Positions 44,380 to 57,000 of a stretch of 64,000 nucleotides of DNA are shown piece by piece. The DNA is from the human T2T-CHM13v2.0 reference genome, Homo sapiens, in NCBI RefSeq assembly GCF_009914755.1, contig NC_060948.1; one strand, 5' to 3'. Position numbers and translations under genes: made by a program. Below the pieces are notes generated by a model. The model searched no databases. It saw only the letters and a list, made by a program, of their open reading frames with translations, and was not told the DNA's origin. Each line of letters starts with the position of its first letter. Positions within the stretch are counted from its first letter, which is position 1.

Positions 44380-47300
44380 CAATGGAATGGAATGGAATGG
44401 AATGCAATTGAATGGAATGGAATGGAATGGAATGGAATGGAATGGAATGGGATGGAATGGTATGGAATGGATAGTAATGGACTGGAGTGAAATGGACTGG
44501 AAAGGAATGGACTCAAATTGAAAGGGCTCGAAAGGAATGGAGTCAAATGGAATGGTCTGGAATGGAATGAACACGAATGTAATGCAATCCAATAGAATGG
44601 AATCGAATGGCATGGAATATAAAGAAATGGAATCGGAGAGAATGGAAACAAATGGAATGGAATTGAATGGAATGGAATTGAATGGAATGGGAACGAATGG
44701 AGTGAAATTGTATGCAGTAGAAGGGAATAGAATGGAATGCAAGCGAAAGGAAAGGAATGGATTGGAATGGAATGGAATTCATTGGAATGGAAGGGAATGT
44801 AGTGTAATGGACAGGCCTGGAATAAAGTGGAATGCTACGGTCTCGAATGGAATAAAAATGTATGGAATGGAATGCAATGAAATGGAATCGAATGTCATAG
44901 AATGTAATGGAATGCAACAAAATGGAATCCAAAATCATTGACTGGAAAGGCTGGGTGTCGAAAGGAATTGACTCCAATGGAATGGAATCGAATGGAATGG
45001 AAGTGAATAGAATCGAACTAAATCGAATGGAATGGAATTGATAGGAACGGAATGGAAAGGAATGCAATGATTTGGCATGGAATGGAATCGAATGGCATCG
45101 AATGGAATGGAATGGAATGCAATGGAATGGAATGTATTAGAATGTAATGAACTTTAATGGAATGTACTCGAATGGATTCGACTGGAATGGAATGTTCTGG
45201 AAGTGAATGGACTCCAATGGAATGGATTCCAAAGGAATGGAATCGTACGGAATGGAATCTAATGGAATGGAATTAAATGGAAATGAATCAAATTGAATAG
45301 CACGGAATTGAATTGAATGGAATGGAATGCAATGGAATCTAATGAAACGGAAAGGAAAGGAATGGAATAGAATGGAATGGGCTGGAATGGAAAGGAATCG
45401 AAACGAATGGAATGGAATCGAACTGAAGAGACTGGAATGGAATGCACTGGAATGGAAGGGAGTGTAATGGAAGGTTCTCGAAAAAAATGGAATCGAATGG
45501 AATGGAATTGAATGGAACGGAATAGAGTCGAATGGAATTGAATGGAATGGAATGGACTAGAGTGATATGGAATCGAACCACAAGGAATGGAGAGGAATAG
45601 AATGGTCTCGAATTGAATGGAATCTTATGGAGTGGCATCAAACGGAATGGAATGGACAGCCACGGAATGGAATGCACTCGAATGCAATGGAGTCGAAACT
45701 AATGGACTGGAATAGAATGGACTCGACTGGTACGGACTCCAATGGAATGGAATGGAATGGAAGGGAATCGAACGGAATGGACTCGAAGGGAAAAGACTGC
45801 AATGGAAAGGTCTCGAATGGAATGGAAATTAATGGAATGGAATGGAATCGAATGAAATGGAGTCAAAAGGAATGGAATCGAATGGCAACAAATCGAATGT
45901 AATGGAATCGCAAGGAATTGATGTGAAAGGAACGGAATGGAATGGAATCCAAAGGAATGGAATAGAATGGAATGGAATCGAATGGAAAGGACTCGAATGG
46001 AAATCACTCGAATAGAATGCAATTTAATAAAATAGGATCAAATGTAATGGAATGGAATGGAAAGGAATCGAAACGAAAGGAATGGAGACAGATGGAATGG
46101 AATGGAACAGAGAGCAATGGTATAGAATGGAATGGAATCATCTGGAATGGAATTGAATGGAATGGAATAATATGAAATGGAATGGAATGGAATGGAATGG
46201 AATGCCCTTGAATTAAATGGACTGGAATGGAATGGACTCGAACAGAGTGGAATGGAAAGTGTTGAGATAGAATGGAATGGACTCCTTTGGAATGGTGTAG
46301 TATGCAATGCAATCGACTGGCAGGGAATCAAAAGGAATGTAATGGAATGGACTGGACTGGAATGCAATGGACTCGAATAGATTGGAAACGGAATGCAAAG
46401 AAATGGAATGGAATAGTATGGAATGGAATGGAAAGGAATGGAGTGGAATAGACTAGAGTGGAATGGAATGGACTGGAAAACAATGGACTGGAATGGAACT
46501 TTCTTGAATGGACTGGAATCAAACGGAATGGAATGCAATGCAATCAAATGGCATGGAATAAAATAGAATGAAAGAGAATCAAATGGAATTGAATCGAATG
46601 GAATCGAATGGATTGGAAAGGAATAGAATGGAATGGAATGGAATTGACTCAAATGGAATGGACTAGAATGGAATGGATTCGAATGGAAGGCAAAGGAATG
46701 GAATCTATTGGAATGGACTGTAATGGAATGGAATGGAAGGGATTGGAATGGACTCGAATGGAATGGACTGCAATAGAAAGGATTCGAATGGAATGAAAAA
46801 GAATTGAATGGAATAGAACAGAATGGAATCAAATCGAATGCAATGGAATGGAATAGAAAGGAATGGAATGAAATGGAATGGAAAGGATTCGAATGGAATG
46901 CAATCGAATGGAATGGAATCGAACGGAATGGAATAAAATGGAAGAAAACTGGCAAGAAATGGAATCGAAATGAATGGAGTGTTATGGAACGGACTCAAAA
47001 GGAATTGAATGTAATAGAATGGAGTGGAGTGGACTCGAATATAATGGACTGGAATGGAATGAAATCACATGGAATGGGAACGAATGGAATGGAATGGAAA
47101 GGAATGGAATCGAATGGAAAGGAATCGAATGGAAGGGAATGAAATTGAATCAACAGGAATGGAAGGGAATAGAATAGACGGTAATGGAATGGACTCGAAT
47201 AGAATGGACACGAATGCTCAAATTAAATGGACTCGAATGGAATGGAAACGAAAGGAATGTCATCGAATGGAATTGAATCGATTGGAATGAAATCGCATAG

Positions 47301-50300
47301 AATGGAGTGGAATCAAATGGAATTGAATCGAAAGGAAAGGAAGCGAATGGACTGAAATGAAATGGAATGGAATTGAATGGAAAGTAATGCAATGGAATAG
47401 AATGGAACGAAATTTCACGGAATGGAATCAAACTGAATGGAATCAAATCAATGGAATCAAATCAAATGGAATGGAAAGGAATTGAATGGAGTATATTGGA
47501 TTGGATGGGATTGGAATGAAATGTACTGGAAAGGACTCGAATTTCATGAAACGGAATGGAATGAATTGGAACGGAATGGACTCGAATGGAATGGAATGTC
47601 ATGGAATGGCATCAAATGGAATGGCATCAAATGGAATGGAATCGAATGCAATGGAATGCTATGGAATGGAATGGAATGCATTGGAATGGAATGTCCTCTA
47701 ATGGAATGGATTCGAGTGGAATGGAATCGAATATAATGGAGTCGAATGAAATGGAATTGAAAGGAATGGGATCGAATAGAATGGAATATACTGGAATGTA
47801 ATGTAATGAACTCGAATGTAATTGACTGGAATGGAATGTACATGAATGGAATGTAATCGAATGGAAAGTAATCCAATGGAATAGAATCTAATGCAATAAA
47901 ACCGACTCAGATAGAGTAGAATGTAATGGAATGGAGTGCAGTGCAATGGAAGGGAATGGAATTGAATGCAATGGAATGGAATGGAATGGAATGGAATGGA
48001 ATGGAATGGAATGGAATGGAATGGGATGGAATGGTATGGAATGGATAGTAATGGACTGCAGTGAAATGGACTGGAAAGGAATGGACTCAAATTGAAAGGG
48101 CTTGAAAGGAATGGAGTCAAATGGAATGGTCTGGAATGGAATGAACACGAATGTAATGCAATCCAATAGAATGGAATCGAATGGCATGGAATATAAAGAA
48201 ATGGAATCGAAGAGAATGGAAACAAATGGAATGGAATTGAATGGAATGGAATTGAATGGAATGGGAACGAATGGAGTGAAATTGTATGCAGTAGAAGGGA
48301 ATAGAATGGAATGCAAGCGAAAGGAAAGGAATGGATTGGAATGGAATGGAATTCATTGGAATGGAAGGGAATGTAGTGTAATGGACAGGCCTGGAATAAA
48401 GTGGAATGCTACGGTCTCGAATGGAATAAAAATTTATGGAATGGAATGCAATGAAACGGAATCGAATGTCATAGAATGTAATGGAATGCAAAAAAATGGA
48501 ATCCAAAATCATTGACTGGAAAGGCTGGGTGTCGAAAGGAATTGACTCCAATGGAATGGAATCGAATGGAATGGAAGTGAATAGAATCGAACTAAATCGA
48601 ATGGAATGGAATTGATAGGAACGGAATGGAAAGGAATGCAATGATTTGGCATGGAATGGAATCGAATGGCATCGAATGGAATGGAATGGAATGCAATGGA
48701 ATGGAATGTATTAGAATGTAATGAACTTTAATGGAATGTACTCGAATGGATTCGACTGGAATGGAATGTTCTGGAAGTGAATGGACTCCAATGGAATGGA
48801 TTCAAAAGGAATGGAATCGTACGGAATGGAATCTAATGGAATGGAATTAAATGGAAATGAATCAAATTGAATAGCACGGAATTGAATTGAATGGAATGGA
48901 ATGCAATGGAATCTAATGAAACGGAAAGGAAAGGAATGGAATGGAATGGAATGGACTGGAATGGAAAGGAATCGAAACGAATGGAATGGAATCGAACTGA
49001 AGAGACTGGAATGGAATGCACTGGAATGGAAGGGAGTGTAATGGAAGGTTCTCGAAAAAAATGGAATCGAATGGAATGGAATTGAATGGAACGGAATAGA
49101 GTCGAATGGAATTGAATGGAATATAATGGACTAGAGTGAAATGGAATCGAACCACAAGGAATGGAGAGGAATAGAATGGTCTCGAATTGAATGGAATCGT
49201 ATGGAATGGCATCAAACGGAATGGAATGGACAGCCACGGAATGGAATGCACTCGAATGCAATGGAGTCGAAACTAATGGACTGGAATAGAATGGACTCGA
49301 CTGGTACGGACTCCAATGGAATGGAATCGAATGGAAGGGAATCGAACGGAATGGACTCGAAGGGAAAAGACTGCAATGGAAAGGTCTCGAATGGAATGGA
49401 AATTAATGGAATGGAATGGAATCGAATGAAATGGAGTCAAAAGGAATGGAATCGAATGGCAAGAAATCGAATGTAATGGAATCACAAGGAATTGATGTGA
49501 ACGGAACGGAATGGAATGGAATCCAAAGGAATGGAATAGAATGGAATGGAATCGAATGGAAAGGACTCGAATGGAAATCACTCGAATAGAATGCAATTTA
49601 ATAAAATAGGATCAAATGTAATGGAATGGAATGAAAAGGAATCGAAACGAAAGGAATGGAGACAGATGGAATGGAATGGAACAGAGAGCAATGGTATAGA
49701 ATGGAATGGAATCATCTGGAATGGAATTGAATGGAATGGAATAATATGAAATGGAATGGAATGGAATGGAATGGAATGCCCTTGAATTAAATGGACTGGA
49801 ATGGAATGGACTCGAACACAGTGGAATGGAAAGTGTTGAGATAGAATGGAATGGACTCCTTTGGAATGGTGTAGTATGCAATGCAATCGACTGGCAGGGA
49901 ATCAAAAGGAATGTAATCGAATGGATTGGACTGGAATGCAATGGACTCGAATAGATTGGAAACGGAATGCAAAGGAATGGAATGGAATAGTATGGAATGG
50001 AATGGAAAGGAATGGAGTGGAATAGACTAGAGTGGAATGGAATGGACTGGAAAGCAATGGACTGGAATGGAACTTTCTTGAATGGACTGGAATCAAACGG
50101 AATGGAATGCAATGCAATCAAATGGCATGGAATAAAATAGAATGAAAGAGAATCAAATGGAATTGAATCGAATGGAATCGAATGGATTGGAAAGGAATAG
50201 AATGGAATGGAATGGAATTGACTCAAATGGAATGGACTAGAATGGAATGGATTCGAATGGAAGGCAAAGGAATGGAATCTATTGGAATGGACTGTAATGG

Positions 50301-51020
50301 AATGGAATGGAAGGGATTGGAATGGACTCGAATAGAATGGACTGCAATAGAAAGGATTCGAATGGAATGAAAAAGAATTGAATGGAATAGAACAGAATGG
50401 AATCAAATCGAATGAAATGGAATGGAATAGAAAGGAATGGAATGAAATGGAATGGAAAGGATTCGAATGGAATGCAATCGAATGGAATGGAATCGAACGG
50501 AATGGAATAAAATGGAAGAAAACTGGCAAGAAATGGAATCGAAATGAATGGAGAGTTATGGAACGGACTCAAAAGGAATTGAATGTAATAGAATGGAGTG
50601 GAGTGGACTCGAATATAATGGACTGGAATGGAATGAAATCACATGGAATGGGAACGAATGGAATGGAATGGAAAGGAATGGAATCGAATGGAAAGGAATC
50701 GAATGGAAGGGAATGAAATTGAATCAACAGGAATGGAAGGGAATAGAATAGACGGTAATGGAATGGACTCGAATAGAATGGACACGAATGCTCAAATTGA
50801 ATGGACTCGAATGGAATGGAAACGAAAGAATGTCATCGAAAGGAATTGAATCGATTGGAATGAAATCGCACAGAATGGAGTGGAATCAAATGGAATTGAA
50901 TCGAAAGGAAAGGAAGCGAATGGACTGAAATGAAATGGAATGGAATTGAATGGAAAGTAATGCAATGGAATAGAATGGAACGAAATTTCACGGAATGGAA
51001 TCAAACTGAATGGAATCAAA
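44380..51020 (+). repeat. Copy 2 of the 3-unit-spaced duplicated segment
   Basis: Carries GAGTGATATG, GAGTGGCATC, GATGTGAAAG, GACTGGACTG, AAAACAATGG, GGAGAGTTATG and the 1-bp deletion AAACGAAAGAATGTC, as in copy 1. Confidence 0.85.
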
Positions 51021-54000
51021 TCAATGGAATCCAATCAAATGGAATGGAAAGGAATTGAATGGAGTAGATTGGATTGGATGGGATTGGAATGAAATGTACT
51101 GGAAAGGACTCGAATTTCATGAAACGGAATGGAATGAATTGGAACGGAATGGACTCGAATGGAATGGAATGTCATGGAATGGCATCAAATGGAATGGCAT
51201 CAAATGGAATGGAATCGAATGCAATGGAATGCTATGGAATGGAATGGAATGCATTGGAATGGAATGTCCTCTAATGGAATGGATTCGAGTGGAATGGAAT
51301 CGAATATAATGGAGTCGAATGAAATGGAATTGAAAGGAATGGGATCGAATAGAATGGAATATACTGGAATGTAACGTAATGAACTCGAATGTAATTGACT
51401 GGAATGGAATGTACATGAATGGAATGTAATCGAATGGAAAGTAATCCAATGGAATAGAATCTAATGCAATAAAATCGAATCAGATAGAGTAGAATGTAAT
51501 GGAATGGAGTGCAGTGCAATGGAATGGAATGGAATGGAATGCAATTGAATGGAATGGAATGGAATGGAATGGAATGGAATGGGATGGAATGGTATGGAAT
51601 GGATAGTAATGGACTGGAGTGAAATGGACTGGAAAGGAATGGACTCAAATTGAAAGGGCTCGAAAGGAATGGAGTCAAATGGAATGGTCTGGAATGGAAT
51701 GAACACGAATGTAATGCAATCCAATAGAATGGAATCGAATGGCATGGAATATAAAGAAATGGAATCGGAGAGAATGGAAACAAATGGAATGGAATTGAAT
51801 GGAATGGAATTGAATGGAATGGGAACGAATGGAGTGAAATTGTATGCAGTAGAAGGGAATAGAATGGAATGCAAGCGAAAGGAAAGGAATGGATTGGAAT
51901 GGAATGGAATTCATTGGAATGGAAGGGAATGTAGTGTAATGGACAGGCCTGGAATAAAGTGGAATGCTACGGTCTCGAATGGAATAAAAATGTATGGAAT
52001 GGAATGCAATGAAACGGAATCGAATGTCATAGAATGTAATGGAATGCAAAAAAATGGAATCCAAAATCATTGACTGGAAAGGCTGGGTGTCGAAAGGAAT
52101 TGACTCCAATGGAATGGAATCGAATGGAATGGAAGTGAATAGAATCGAACTAAATCGAATGGAATGGAATTGATAGGAACGGAATGGAAAGGAATGCAAT
52201 GATTTGGCATGGAATGGAATCGAATGGCATCGAATGGAATGGAATGGAATGCAATGGAATGGAATGTATTAGAATGTAATGAACTTTAATGGAATGTACT
52301 CGAATGGATTCGACTGGAATGGAATGTTCTGGAAGTGAATGGACTCCAATGGAATGGATTCCAAAGGAATGGAATCGTACGGAATGGAATCTAATGGAAT
52401 GGAATTAAATGGAAATGAATCAAATTGAATAGCACGGAATTGAATTGAATGGAATGGAATGCAATGGAATCTAATGAAACGGAAAGGAAAGGAATGGAAT
52501 GGAATGGAATGGAATGGGCTGGAATGGAAAGGAATCGAAACGAATGGAATGGAATCGAACTGAAGAGACTGGAATGGAATGCACTGGAATGGAAGGGAGT
52601 GTAATGGAAGGTTCTCGAAAAAAATGGAATCGAATGGAATGGAATTGAATGGAACGGAATAGAGTCGAATGGAATTGAATGGAATGGAATGGACTAGAGT
52701 GAAATGGAATCGAACCACAAGGAATGGAGAGGAATAGAATGGTCTCGAATTGAATGGAATCGTATGGAATGGCATCAAACGGAATGGAATGGACAGCCAC
52801 GGAATGGAATGCACTCGAATGCAATGGAGTCGAAACTAATGGACTGGAATAGAATGGACTCGACTGGTACGGACTCCAATGGAATGGAATCGAATGGAAG
52901 GGAATCGAACGGAATGGACTCGAAGGGAAAAGACTGCAATGGAAAGGTCTCGAATGGAATGGAAATTAATGGAATGGAATGGAATCGAATGAAATGGAGT
53001 CAAAAGGAATGGAATCGAATGGCAACAAATCGAATGTAATGGAATCACAAGGAATTGATGTGAACGGAACGGAATGGAATGGAATCCAAAGGAATGGAAT
53101 AGAATGGAATGGAATCGAATGGAAAGGACTCGAATGGAAATCACTCGAATAGAATGCAATTTAATAAAATAGGATCAAATGTAATGGAATGGAATGAAAA
53201 GGAATCGAAACGAAAGGAATGGAGACAGATGGAATGGAATGGAACAGAGAGCAATGGTATAGAATGGAATGGAATCATCTGGAATGGAATTGAATGGAAT
53301 GGAATAATATGAAATGGAATGGAATGGAATGGAATGGAATGCCCTTGAATTAAATGGACTGGAATGGAATGGACTCGAACAGAGTGGAATGGAAAGTGTT
53401 GAGATAGAATGGAATGGACTCCTTTGGAATGGTGTAGTATGCAATGCAATCGACTGGCAGGGAATCAAAAGGAATGTAATCGAATGGATTGGACTGGAAT
53501 GCAATGGACTCGAATAGATTGGAAACGGAATGCAAAGGAATGGAATGGAATAGTATGGAATGGAATGGAAAGGAATGGAGTGGAATAGACTAGAGTGGAA
53601 TGGAATGGACTGGAAAGCAATGGACTGGAATGGAACTTTCTTGAATGGACTGGAATCAAACGGAATGGAATGCAATGCAATCAAATGGCATGGAATAAAA
53701 TAGAATGAAAGAGAATCAAATGGAATTGAATCGAATGGAATCGAATGGATTGGAAAGGAATATAATGGAATGGAATGGAATTGACTCAAATGGAATGGAC
53801 TAGAATGGAATGGATTCGAATGGAAGGCAAAGGAATGGAATCTATTGGAATGGACTGTAATGGAATGGAATGGAAGGGATTGGAATGGGCTCGAATGGAA
53901 TGGACTGCAATAGAAAGGATTCGAATGGAATGAAAAAGAATTGAATGGAATAGAACAGAATGGAATCAAATCGAATGAAATGGAATGGAATAGAAAGGAA

Positions 54001-57000
54001 TGGAATGAAATGGAATGGAAAGGATTCGAATGGAATGCAATCGAATGGAATGGAATCAAACGGAATGGAATAAAATGGAAGAAAACTGGCAAGAAATGGA
54101 ATCGAAATGAATGGAGTGTTATGGAACGGAGTCAAAAGGAATTGAATGTAATAGAATGGAGTGGAGTGGCCTCGAATATAATGGACTGGAATGGAATGAA
54201 ATCACATGGAATGGGAACGAATGGAATGGAATGGAAAGGAATGGAATCGAATGGAAAGGAATCGAATGGAAGGGAATGAAATTGAATCAACAGGAATGGA
54301 AGGGAATAGAATAGACGGTAATGGAATGGACTCGAATAGAATTGACACGAATGCTCAAATTGAATGGACTCGAATGGAATGGAAACGAAAGGAATGTCAT
54401 CGAATGGAATTGAATCGATTGGAATGAAATCGCATAGAATGGAGTGGAATCAAATGGAATTGAATCGAAAGGAAAGGAAGCGAATGGACTGAAATGAAAT
54501 GGAATGGAATTGAATGGAAAGTAATGCAATGGAATAGAATGGAACGAAATTTCACGGAATGGAATCAAACTGAATGGAATCAAATGAATGGAATCTAATC
54601 AAATGGAATGGAAAGGAATTGAATGGAGTAGATTGGATTGGATGGGATTGGAATGAAATGTACTGGAAAGGACTCGAATTTCATGAAACGGAATGGAATG
54701 AATTGGAACGGAATGGACTCGAATGGAATGGAATGTCATGGAATGGCATCAAATGGAATGGCATCAAATGGAATGGAATCGAATGCAATGGAATGTTATG
54801 GAATGGAATGGAATGCATTGGAATGGAATGTCCTCTAATGGAATGGATTCGAGTGGAATGGAATCGAATATAATGGAGTCGAATGAAATGGAATTGAAAG
54901 GAATGGGATCGAATAGAATGGAATATACTGGAATGTAATGTAATGAACTCGAATGTAATTGACTGGAATGGAATGTACATGAATGGAAGGTAATCGAATG
55001 GAAAGTAATCCAATGGAATAGAATCTAATGCAATAAAACCGACTCAGATAGAGTAGAATGTAATGGAATGGAGTGCAGTGCAATGGAATGGAATGGAATT
55101 GAATGCAATGGAATGGAATGGAATGGAATGGAATGGAATGGAATGGGATGGAATGGTATGGAATGGATAGAAATGGACTGGAGTGAAATGGACTGGAAAG
55201 GAATGGACTCAAATTGAAAGGGCTCGAAAGGAATGGAGTCAAATGGAATGGTCTGGAATGGAATGAACACGAATGTAATGCAATCCAATAGAATGGAATC
55301 GAATGGCATGGAATATAAAGAAATGGATACGAAGAGAATGGAAACAAATGGAATGGAATTGCATGGAATGGAATTGAATGGAATGGGAACGAATGGAGTG
55401 AAATTGTATGCAGTAGAAGGGAATAGAATGGAATGCAAGCGAAAGGAAAGGAATGGATTGGAATGGAATGGAATTCATTGGAATGGAAGGGAATGTAGTG
55501 TAATGGACAGGCCTGGAATAAAGTGGAATGCTACGGTCTCGAATGGAATAAAAATGTATGGAATGGAATGCAATGAAACGGAATCGAATGTCATAGAATG
55601 TAATGGAATGCAACAAAATGGAATCCAAAATCATTGACTGGAAAGGCTGGGTGTCGAAAGGAATTGACTCCAATGGAATGGAATCGAATGGAATGGAAGT
55701 GAATAGAATCGAACTAAATCGAATGGAATGGAATTGATAGGAACGGAATGGAAAGGAATGCAATGATTTGGCATGGAATGGAATCGAATGGCATCGAATG
55801 GAATGGAATGGAATGCAATGGAATGGAATGTATTAGAATGTAATGAACTTTAATGGAATGTACTCGAATGGATTCGACTGGAATGGAATGTTCTGGAAGT
55901 GAATGGACTCCAATGGAATGGATTCAAAAGGAATGGAATCGTACGGAATGGAATCTAATGGAATGGAATGAAATGGAAATGAATCAAATTGAATAGCACG
56001 GAATTGAATTGAATGGAATGGAATGCAATGGAATCTAATGAAACGGAAAGGAAAGGAATGGAATGGAATGGAATGGGCTGGAATGGAAAGGAATCGAAAC
56101 GAATGGAATGGAATCGAACTGAAGAGACTGGAATGGAATGCACTGGAATGGAAGGGAGTGTAATGGAAGGTTCTCGAAAAAAATGGAATCGAATGGAATG
56201 GAATTGAATGGAACGGAATAGAGTCGAATGGAATTGAATGGAATGGAATGGACTAGAGTGAAATGGAATCGAACCACAAGGAATGGAGAGGAATAGAATG
56301 GTCTCGAATTGAATGGAATCATATGGAATGGCATCAAACGGAATGGAATGGACAGCCACGGAATGGAATGCACTCGAATGCAATGGAGTCGAAACTAATG
56401 GACTGGAATAGAATGGACTGGACTGGTACGGACTCCGATGGAATGGAATCGAATGGAAGGGAATCGAACGGAATGGACTCGAAGGGAAAAGACTGCAATG
56501 GAAAGGTCTCGAATGGAATGCAAATTAATGGAATGGAATGGAATCGAATGAAATGGAGTCAAAAGGAATGGAATCGAATGGCAAGAAATCGAATGTAATG
56601 GAATCGCAAGGAATTGATGTGAACGGAACGGAATGGAATGGAATCCAAAGGAATGGAATAGAATGGAATGGAATCGAATGGAAAGGACTCGAATGGAAAT
56701 CACTCGAATAGAATGCAATTTAATAAAATAGGATCAAATATAATGGAATGGAATGGAAAGGAATCGAAACGAAAGGAATGGAGACAGATGGAATGGAATA
56801 GAACAGAGAGCAATGGTATAGAATGGAATGGAATCATCTGGAATGGAATTGAATGGAATGGAATAATATGAAATGGAATGGAATGGAATGGAATGGAATG
56901 CCCTTGAATTAAATGGACTGGAATGGAATGGACTCGAACAGAGTGGAATGGAAAGTGTTGAGATAGAATGGAATGGACTCCTTTGGAATGGTGTAGTATG

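Noticed and set aside
54590-54604. GAATCTAATCA and AAATTGAATCA (~865) resembling the DUX4 motif TAAYBBAATCA
   Set aside because: Both mismatch the first base of the consensus and are expected by chance among pentamer variants.
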